Assembly: GCF_009914755.1 (NCBI RefSeq)
Contig: NC_060931.1
Length of the DNA stretch: 64,000 bases
Source: the human T2T-CHM13v2.0 reference genome, Homo sapiens
Reading direction: 5' to 3' (one strand)
Each line of letters opens with the position of its first letter. The first letter of the stretch is position 1. The position numbers and the translations under genes are program-made. Positions 13,538 to 23,900 of this stretch are shown piece after piece. The notes below the pieces were generated by a model. The model ran no database searches. It saw only the letters and a program-made list of their open reading frames with translations, and was not told where the DNA came from.

Positions 13538-14737
13538 AAGGTATGGAATCCTCATTAAATATTATTGTGACAACAAGCTTTCAATTTATGCCATTTATTA
13601 AGCTATTTATGAAACATTTTAAGCTAGGTTTGACTTCAGGATTATTCATAATTTATTTGTATTTTTAATAATTTTATAATTGATTAAAAAAATCCCATTA
13701 TAAGCATGTTGGACTTTACAGTCTCAATCTACTTTGTAGCCATGTATGAGATATCAAGTTCTAAATAAACATATTTCAATAGAAGTGCTAAATAATTAAT
13801 GACTACATACCTTCCACCAAGAGGCCAGCCACCACATGGAAACAAAGAACGTTAATCTTTATCTGTGGTCTGAGCTAGTCTTCCCTGAAAAGTTGACTAC
13901 TGCTTACAGGAGCCTTAACACAAGAGAAGGGTTTCCTTTATAGCAGGTTCCAAACAAGCCAGCAAACAAATAAAGCATTAAAAATTTTGAATAAAAAAAT
14001 AACTGTAATGAATTTTGAGATACAATTTAAATCTCTGGCAAAGAATTTGTATTTTTAATTGAAATAGTACTGCTTTGCAAAATGTATTAACATCTGTTAT
14101 GTACAGGCTATTCCTAGGTTATCTGAATATTTTCATTGAAAGCAAGCATAATTTGCAGTTTCTTCATTGTTGATTTTTAAAATTAATGATTATATATAAT
14201 TGAATTAATATATGTATATAACTTCTTTATAATTAAGTTATTAAAATATTGGTATCAAGTATTTTAATTGATATGGCAGACATAAAACTACTACTAAAAT
14301 TGGCTTTAAAAAATTGTAAATGGAAATATAAATGTCAAAAATACCAATTTTTTGAAAAAGTGAATAGTCATTACTCAAATAGGCAACAAGATTAGAGGTT
14401 CTATATCATCCATTTTATATCTATATTTTACTTGTGACTTTACTGGAATGTATTGTCCTTGTTATAATTTTGTCCTGAAATAATTTTGATTCACATATGC
14501 ATATAGGTTCTCATATACCCTAAGTATTATACATATAAATTGTGTATTATTGACCCACAAATTAAATGAGGTCTCAGTCTCAAATATTTCAGAAGTACTA
14601 AGGTATGTCAGTTATCTGGGGGAAAAAGGCTCATACTTAAATGTCCATTTAAAATTTTTCAAAAGTGTTTCCTTCTCATTCTACAGTACAAAACATGAAA
14701 ACCATAATTTTCATCTCTTGAAATAAACATTTTTAAG

Positions 14738-14903
14738 AAGATAGCATTTCAGGTTTGGACAATATATCTTGCATGTCATTTTGCATAAGATGTACTGGTT
14801 CCATAGCTTCAATTACATTAAAGGTAAAGCTATGGAACCAGTACATCTTATGCAAAATGACATGCAAGATATAACATATTGTCCAAACCTGAAATGCTAT
14901 CTT
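14738..14903. repeat. Long near-perfect inverted repeat (72-bp arm, 17-nt spacer, one 5-nt bulge)
   Basis: Left arm 14738-14809 aagatagcatttc...ggttccatagctt is the exact reverse complement of 14827-14903 apart from an extra 5 nt (aacat) in the right arm; spacer caattacattaaaggta. Confidence 0.97.
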
Positions 14904-15619
14904 TTTTTAATTAAATGATGCATGAGATTACATAGATTACAAAATGTATTCATCTCCACTTTAATATTGTTTATTTAGAATTCCTTTACTAAACCTTACG
15001 TTTAAATCTTCTCACAATTTGGACATATTTTTGTATCTTCCCAAATTAACTATCAACTAGTTATTGCACACACAAAACATATTCCTTGAGAATTTGTCCA
15101 TGTATTTTTTTCTACTTTATACATCCAGCTTCTCAAATATACCCACTCCTGTTCCAACTCATACTCAAATTCTCTCCATATTACCAGACAGAAATCAAAT
15201 AAAATCAAGTTGCATAAAGCATACTCCTGAGTAAAGGGAGAGCTCATTAAGTTCTTTTATCAAAACCAGTACTTTATAATTTTGTACTACACTTATGATG
15301 CACTTCCAACTTTTTATTATAACCATTTGTATAAAAAATTCTTATACTGTACAATTTTTCGGGCAGTTTCTCAAATTGCATGCTGTATTCTACTGCATGG
15401 GAATGGTGACACAAAATGAGTAAGAATTAAAGTACATATAGATATTGAGGCAAGATCGTTTGTGTAGTTAATGATAAAAATGACTATATCAAGCAGCTGT
15501 TGTATACAGAGTTATGGCCTAAAGGTTATTTACCTTTAGGCCTAAAGGCCTAAATATTTCTAGGGAACAAGGATTTCTATCACATGTGACACTTTTAACT
15601 CTTTTTGTCTTTCATTTTT

Positions 15620-16998
15620 ATTGTATTTTATAATTTCAACTTTTACTTTAGATTCAGGGAATGCAAGTGTAGGTTTGTTAACTGGGTATATTGCAGGATG
15701 TTGAAGTATGGGGTACAATTGTTGCCATCTCCCAGATACTGAGCATAGTAATCAAGAGTCTTACAATCTTTGTCCCCCTCCATTCCTTCCCTCGCTATTA
15801 GTCCACAGTGTCTATTGTTGCCCTCTTTATGTCCATGAGTACCCAATGTTGTGCTCCCACTTTAAAGTGAAAACTTATGGTATTTGGTTTTCTGTTCCTG
15901 TGTTAGTTCACTTAGGATAATTACATCCAGGTGCATTCATGTTGCTGCAAAAGACATGATGTTGTTCTTTTTGTAGCTACATAATATTCCATAATGTATA
16001 TGTACTACATTTTCTTTTTCCAATCTAGCATTGATGGGCACCTAGGTTGTTGATTCCATATATTTGCTATTGTGAACAGTGATCCTATCAACATACCTGT
16101 TCATGTATCTTTTTGATTGAATAATTTAATTTCTTTTGGATGTATATTCAGTAATTAGATTGCTGGACCAAATGGTAGTTCTGTTTTAAGTTCTTTGAGA
16201 AATTGCCAAACTGCTTTCCACAGTGGCTGAACTAATTTACATTCTCACCAACAATGTATAAGCATTCCCTTATCTCTACAGCCTCCCCAGCATCGGCTGT
16301 ATTTTGACTTTTTAATAATAGCCATTCTGATGGTCTGAGATGGTATCTCATTGTGGTTTTGATTTGCATTTCTCTGATGATTAGTAATGTTGAGCATTTT
16401 TCAATGTCCACTGGCCACTTCTATTTCTTCTTTTGAGAATTGTCTTTTCATGTCTTTTGCCCATTTTTTAGTGGGGTTGTTCTTTGCTTGCTGATTTGTT
16501 TAAGTTTGTTATAGATTCTGAATATCAGACGTTTTTCAAACGCTTAGTTTGTGAATATTTTCTCCCATTCTGCAGGTTGTCTGTTTAATCTGTTGATAGT
16601 TACTTTTGCTGTGCAGAAGATTTGTTAGTTTAGTTATTTCCACTTGTCAATTTTTTTGTTGCAACTAATTTTTGAGAATTTAGTCATAAATTATTTCCCA
16701 AGGCTGGTGTCCAGAATATTGTTTCCTAGGTTTTCTTCAAGGATTCTTATAGTTTTGAGTTCTTACATTTAAATATATTTAATCCATCTTGAGTTAATTT
16801 TGGTCTATGATGAAAGGAAGGGGTCCAATTTTATTCTTCTGAGTATGACTAGCCAGTTTTCCCAGTGTCATTTATTGAATAGGGAGCAGCCCTTTCTTCA
16901 TCGTCTCTTTTTGTTGACTTTGTTGAAGATCAGATGGCTGTAAGGTTGCAACATTATTTCTGGCTTCTCTATCCTGTCCCATTCGTCTATGTCTCTGT
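15620..16998 (-). mobile_element. L1PA15/16-like 3' portion (3' UTR + ORF2 C-terminus)
   Basis: caacttttactttagattcaggg... 3' UTR; ORF 15643-15846 is translated 3' UTR; antisense ORF2 motifs gagatggtatctcattgtggttttgatttgc. Confidence 0.9.
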
Positions 16999-17037
16999 CA
17001 GTAGAATACCTTCAAACTGAATCCAGCAGCACATCAA

Positions 17038-17530
17038 AAGGAATAAGATCCTGTCATTTGTAACAACATAGATGAAACTGGAGTTGATTATGTTATATAA
17101 AATAATCCAGGAACAGAGACAAACTTTGGATGTTTTCATTTATTTGCAGGATCTAAAAATCAACACAACTGAACTTATCAAGATAAATACTAGAATAATG
17201 GTTACCAGAGGCTGAAAAGGGTAGTGAGGGATGGTGGAGGGGACACGGGAATGGTTAATGGGAACATAAAGTAGAACAAATGAATAAGATCTAGGACCTG
17301 TTAGCACAACAGGGTGACTATAGTGAATAGTAATGCAATTGTGCATTTTAAAATAACTAAAAGAGTATAATTGAATTGTTTGTAACACAAAGGGTAAAAT
17401 GCTTGAGGAGGTGCATATCCAATGTAACCTGATGTGACCATTACACACTGCATGCCTGTATCAAAATATGTCTTGTACCCCATAAATACATATACCTACT
17501 ATGTATCCACAAAATTTAAAAATTAAATAT
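17038..17530 (+). mobile_element. L1MA (L1MA2/3-like) 3' end
   Basis: aataagatcctgtcatttgtaacaacatagatgaaactggag...gcatgcctgtatcaaaatat...tacctactatgtatccacaaaatttaaa. Confidence 0.85.
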
Positions 17531-17682
17531 ATTTATAAATACATATATGTACATATTTAACACCACTGAACTATACACTTAGAAATGGTTAAGGTGATAC
17601 ATTTTATGTTACATATTTTTTACTATAATAAAAACTCTATTACTGAAGCTTTCTCAAAACTTCCTAAAATTGTAATAAATTT

Positions 17683-17934
17683 AAATCGGTAAAAATGAAA
17701 AAAAACTGGCCATACTTCCCAAAATAATCTACAGATTCAGCGCTATCCCTAGCAAGCTACCAACAACATTTTTCATGGAACTAGAAAAATGTATTCACAT
17801 AGAACCAAAAAAGAGCTTGGGACTAGCCAAAGCAATCCTAAGCGAAAAGAACAAAGCTGAAAGTATCATATAACCCGACTTCAAACTATACTATAAGGCT
17901 ATGGTTATGGTAACCAACACTGCATTGTACTGGT
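17683..17934 (+). mobile_element. L1 ORF2 fragment, probably the inverted 5' segment of the L1PA15/16 element
   Basis: ggccatacttcccaaaataatctacagattc...gacttcaaactatactataaggcta...gtactggt; ends a few nt upstream (in L1 coordinates) of where the minus segment ends at 16998. Confidence 0.75.
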
Positions 17935-17951
17935 TTATTTTTTAAAAGCAA

Positions 17952-18041
17952 AACAACAACAACAACAATAACAACAACTTTGAAATGTATAGCCCAGGAC
18001 AACAACAACAACAACAACAACTTTGAAATGTGTTGCCCAGG
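17952..18041. repeat. Tandem duplication of (AAC)n + tttgaaatgt...gcccagg
   Basis: Two units: (aac)n-tttgaaatgtatagcccagg and (aac)n-tttgaaatgtgttgcccagg. Confidence 0.9.
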
Positions 18042-19239
18042 TAATTAAAAACATATTAGATTTATTTATCTTTGCTGCTAATAATATTTATTCCAATATT
18101 TTGCCACCTTTAGAAACCCTTCAATTACTCAGAACTATTTTGTTATTTGCAGCCATGAATAAGAAGTTTCTCAGAAGATACATTTTTCATTTTCATCACA
18201 ATTTTTAGGTGAAATAAACTCCCCTCTGCCCCATAAAACACCCTCTCTAGAACCAAAAACGAAATAATAGAATAACTTTTTATGATGCAAATTAGGTTTA
18301 GTTGAGATAAAATTGATACTTTGCTGTGGAACTCCTAGATAGTTTGAGCAAACAATTGTTTACACCAGTTTATAATGATACAGTAAAAGGGGTTATTTCT
18401 ACTACAATTAAATAAACCATTCTTGGGTCTATCCTTCTCACAAACAAAAGTCTTTTTCTAGTATTACTTTTTCTCTGGAATGTTTCTATATTTTTGATAT
18501 ACATCAACCAAAACATCACTGCACACAGTATTCTAGTAGACTGGACACATGGGTTTATGAGAGTAATATGCAAGTTGTTTTGTTCATAATGCTCCTTGTA
18601 ACAAATCCCACCATTTTGTTGGCCATTTTGGCTACAGCAGCTCATTGGAATGTGGTCCTTCAGAAGAGTCTGCCAAATCCACCTCTATTTCATCTTCTAG
18701 GTTTGTTACACATGGCTCAATGCCTATTATAATCTAAGTACAGCATACTTCTGACTATTGATTATAACAATGTTCCCTCTCTAAAAATACCTTAAATGTA
18801 TTTCAATAATACTATAGTGGGTCTAGGTATTACGAGTATTTTTCTAAAATCAAATAAATGATATAACACTAAATCACTCCCTGTGATCTAAGTGCTTTTT
18901 GGGTTTGCGTCAAATTTATTTTCACTGGGATTTGGTTTAAGACCATAAGGTCTACTTTTTAGAGGAAATACAGGATCACCAGTAGCTATCAAAGACACAG
19001 ATTTTCTCTTCAGGCCTCTGGCTATATCCCACATTAGTCAATATCAAGCAAAAAACTATGGCAAGATATTTTTTAAAAAGGAATTGAGTGCTTTATTGCT
19101 GAACAAGTATGTGATCGAGTTTTTAAATACAATATATACCAATATTGTTCTTACTGTCTACAATCTAAAATGACCTAAAATGTCTTTATAGTCCATCAAT
19201 TACACCATTATTTATCATTTTCATTTATACATAAAAAAT

Positions 19240-19450
19240 ATTTCTTTTCTGATATGTGCTCTGAAATGAGCTATGAGCAAGGAATACAATTCCAAATAAG
19301 TAATTTCATTTGCCCTCTTGAATTTAAAGGTCTAATGGGAGAGATAGCACCATGAGTAAATAATTGCTAAAAGGTAATAAATGTTATCTTAGAAATTTGT
19401 ACAAGAATTACAGAAGGTTAGCAAAGGGATCCACTAACTTCCATAACATA
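19240..19450 (-). mobile_element. L2 fragment
   Basis: tgccctcttgaatttaaaggtctaatgggagagatag resembles the antisense L2 3' end. Confidence 0.45.
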
Positions 19451-19821
19451 GGCCAAACAGAAAACATGAGAGAAGAAAAACAGTGTAGAACCTATTTTAC
19501 ACATGAGATATAGTGGGGTTTAGAAAAATAAGTTATGGATTCTCAAATATTTTAAATATAAGGAAAGTTATATTTGTATTTGCATTTATGTAAGTGTATG
19601 TGGGCACATGTACATATATGTGTGTGTATGGTGTATTTTTGTTATTTGAACCACTTACAAGCAAAATTTCAATACATATGAGATTATTGTTCTGTCAGTC
19701 TAATCCATGTACATTTCCCATTTTAGGTTCGGTAGCATCCTGTTAACTTTCACTTAAAAAATTAGTATAAGAATGTTGCTTAAACTTCTGGGGAACTCAT
19801 CGAGACATCTTCTTAAAGTTG

Positions 19822-20173
19822 CAATCTAAGTCTACCTTGTGTTGATATAACAGAATACCATGATTGGGTAACTTATAAAGAAAAAAATATTCATTAGAGT
19901 TCTTGAAGCCAGGAAGTCCAAGGTCTTGGAGCTATCTAATAAAGTTCTTGTTGCTATGTCATCCCATGGCAGAAAGTGAAATAGCAAAAAAGTCCATCTG
20001 AGAGCAAGAGGGTAGAGGAGGGTGAGCTCACTTTTATCAGAAATTTATTTCTGCAAAAATGTCATTAATCCACTCATGAAGGTGGATCCCTCATGGCTTA
20101 ATCACTTCTTAATACTGCCACAATGGAGATTACATTACCACATGGCTTTTGGAGGGGACATTCAAGCCATAGC
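19822..20173 (-). mobile_element. MaLR solo LTR (MSTD/MLT1A-like)
   Basis: tataacagaataccatgattgggtaacttataaag...cattaatccactcatgaagg...ttttggaggggacattcaagccatagca. Confidence 0.8.
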
Positions 20174-20479
20174 ATATTCTTAAAAAGTACATTCATTCTA
20201 ATCATTTATGGGATCAAAAACTGTATATGTTGTGATCCATTTTCTTAAGAGAGTAAACCCAATGAAAAATTACATGTGATAAGCAGATAATGGCTTAATA
20301 TGTTATTTCAACTTCCCAGTATTATTTTAATTCTAATAGTGCCTAAATGCTTTAAAGGAAGAAATAATTTGCAAATTCAATAATGTGGTCCATTTTGGCC
20401 TATATATACTCTCCAATCAGATTTTACAGTCAGCCATTTTTAAATCCTTTTTGTCTAGAACAAATAATAGCCCCATGGG

Positions 20480-20590
20480 GGAAGTAGTGAGATGGAGTAG
20501 AAAGAGTGCTTATCTTGGTTTAAATCCTGGCTCTGCTTCTTACTAGATGTATGCTATTGATCAATGTGGTTAAACATCAAATTATCTAGA
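20480..20590 (+). mobile_element. MIR fragment
   Basis: ggagtagaaagagtgc...ggtttaaatcctggctctgcttcttactagatgt matches the MIR core. Confidence 0.55.
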
Positions 20591-20937
20591 ACCCTTCTTT
20601 CTCTTTGGATATGGTATATGTTTAAAACATGAGAATTTAAGGAAGAAACAAACGAGTTTCATAGTGTCACCAGTAGTCTTTTCCTCTACACTCTTTTTCC
20701 GCATTCTAATTTTTTAAGTATTTCCTGATCATTAGCTTTCTTCAAGCTAAACCTATATTATGACATGCTTTGCGGACTACCTTTCTAACTCTCCTTCACT
20801 CTCATTATCTGATAGCTTTCTTTTTAAGTCTTTCCTGTATGTCTTCCTGCCTCACATGTATCTTTCCACAGTAATGTTTATTTTACTAATAGATAACACA
20901 AGGCAGATAAAGGTAACTGAATTTTGGATGTAAGCTA

Positions 20938-23900
20938 TTTTTAACTGGGGTGAGATGATATCTCATTATTGTTTTGATTTTCATTTATCTGATGATCAAT
21001 AATGTCAAACACCTTTTTACATGCCTGTTTGCTATTGTATGTCTTCAAGCAATGCCTATTCAAATATTTTGCCCATTTTTTGATCAGATTAATAGGCTTT
21101 TTCCTACGGAGTTGTTCGAGCTCCTTATGTATTCTGGTTATTAATCCCTTGACAGATGGGTAGCTTCCAAATATTTTCTCCCATTCTGTGGGTTGTCTCT
21201 TCACCTCGTTGCTTGTATCTTTTGCTGTGCTGAAGCTTTTTAACTGGATGTGATTCCATTTGTCCATTATTGTCTTGGTTGCCTGTGCTTGTGGGGTATT
21301 GCTCAAGAATGTTTGCCCAGATTAAAGTTCCGGAGATTTTCCAAAATAAGTTTTCTTTTAGTAGTTTCATAGTTTGAGGTCTTAGATTTAAGTCTTTAAT
21401 CCAATTTTATTTTTGTATATGGTCTCATTTATTCTTCTGCATATGGATATACAGTTTTTTCAGCACCTTTTATTAAAGAGTCTGCTTTTTCCCCAATGTA
21501 AGTATTTGGCACTTTTCTCAAAAATGGTTTCACTGTAGGTGTGTGGATTTGTTTCTACGTCCTCTCTTCCGGTCTATTGGTCTGTTTTTATGCCCGTAAC
21601 TTGCTGTTTGTTGTTACTATAGCACTGTAGTGTAATCTGAAGTCAAGAAATGTGATTCCTGAGTTTTGTTCCTTTTGTTTAAGATAGCTTTGGCTATTCT
21701 TGGTCTTTTGTGGTTACATATAAATTTTTGGATTGTTTTTTCTATTTCTCTGAAAAATGTTTCTGCTGTTTTGAAAGGGATTGTATTGAATCTGTAGATG
21801 TTTTGGGGGGTAGTATGAACATTTTAACATTTTAGTGATTCTTCCAATCCACGGTGTCTGCTTCAATTTCTTTTGTGATGTCCTCTTCAATTTATTTTAT
21901 CAGTGTTTTACAGTTTTCATTTTACAGAAATTTCACTTTTTTGGTTAATTCCTAGGCATGTACCCTTGCTTTTCTGGTTTTTGAAGATGCACCATTAAAT
22001 TTTTCATTTGAAGTTTTTCCTCTTTTTTGATATAGAAACTTATAGCTATAAAATTCCCTCTTAGTACTGCTTTTGCTGTATCCCATAGATTTTGGTATGT
22101 TGTGTTTTCATCATCAATTGTTTAAATAACTTTTTCAATTTTTTTCTTAATTTCTTGACTTACCCACTGGGCATTCAAGAGCATATGGTTTAGTTTCTGT
22201 GTGCTTGTAAACTTTCCAAAATTCCTCGTTATGAATTTCTAGTTTTATTTCATTGGGGTCAGAAAAGATGATTGATATTTTTCATTTTTTTGCATGCTTT
22301 CAGACTTGTTTTGTGACCTAACATATGGTCTATCATTGAGAATGATCCAAGTGCTGATGAAAAGAATGTGTATTCTGCAGCTCTTGGATAAAATGTCCTG
22401 TAAATATCTATTTGACCCATTTGGTTTATACTGTAGATAAAGTCTGATATTTCTATATTGATTTTCTTTCTGGAAAATCTGTCCAATGCTAAAAGTGGGG
22501 TTTGAAGTCTTCAGTTATTATTGTATTGGGGCCTATCTCTCTCTTTAGCTCTAATGATTTTTTTAATACATCTGGGTGCTCCAGTGTTAGGTGCACATGT
22601 ATTTAAAATTGTTATATCCTCTAGTTGAATTGGCCCCTTTATCATTTTATAATGACCTTCTTTGTCTCTTCTTACAGTTTTTGTCTTGAAGCTTATTTTG
22701 TCAGATATAAGTATCATGACTTGTGCTCTGTTTTTGTTTCCATTGATGTGGAAAATCTTTTCCTATCCCTTTTTTACCAGTCCATATGTGTCTTCACAGG
22801 TGAAGTGTGTTTCCTGTAGGAAACAGATCAATGAGTCTTGTTTTTTCATTCATTCATCTAGTATATGTCTTTTAATTGGAGAATTTAGTCCATTTACATT
22901 CAATTACTATAGATAAGTAAGATCTTACTCTTCCCATTTTGTTATTTGTTTTCTGGTTCTTTTATGATCTTATGTTGCTTCTTTCTTTTCTTCCTGTCTT
23001 CCTTTAATGATGGTGATTTTCCCTGTTAACATGATTTAGTTTCTTGCTTTCTATATTTTATGTATCCATTGCATGTTTTTGGTTTGAGGTTACCATGAAG
23101 GTTATTATGATCTTATAACCCATTATATTAACCTGATAACAACTTAACTATTTGCATAAACAACAAACCAAACAAGGAAAAAGGAAACTAATAATAACTC
23201 TATGCTTAAATTTCAACCCCCTGCTTTTTAACTTTTTCTTGTTTCTATTTATATCTTATTGTGCTATGTCTTAAAAAGTTGCAATTATTATTTTTGACTG
23301 GTTCATCATTTAGTCTTTTTACTTAGGATAAGAGTTGTTTACACACCATAGTTACAATGTTATAATATTCTGGGTTTTTCTGTGTATAACTATTACCAGT
23401 TAATTTTGTACCTTCAAGTGATTATTTAGTGCTCATTAATGTCTTTTGCTTTCTGACTGAAGTATTCTCTTTAGCATTACTTGTAGGGAGACCTGACATT
23501 GGTTAAAAAAAAAAAAATCTCTCAGCTTTTGTTTGTCTTGAAAAGTCTTTTAATTATCCTTCTAGTGTGAAGAGTATTTTCACCAGATATCCTATTCTAG
23601 AGTAATAGTTATTTTTCTTCCACACTTTAATTGTGCCATACCCCTCTCTCCTAGCCTATAAGATTCCATCTTAGAAGTCTGCTGATGTATTGGAGCATCA
23701 TTGTCTGTTGTTTCTTTTCTCTTTCTGCTTTTAGGATCCTTTCTTTATCTTTGACCATCGGGAGTTTGACTATTAAATGCTTTGTGGCCGACTTCTTTGG
23801 GTTAAATCAGCTTGGTGTTCTATAACCTTCTTGTAATTGGATACTTATATTTTTCTCTAGGTTTGAGAACTTCTCTGTTATTATCCCTTTGAATAAACTT

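Noticed and set aside
14738-14903. Palindrome as a MADE1/mir-548-type MITE or as a CRISPR/terminator structure
   Set aside because: It lacks the Hsmar1/MADE1 TIR sequence and TA TSD, it is single-copy in the window, and the context is eukaryotic
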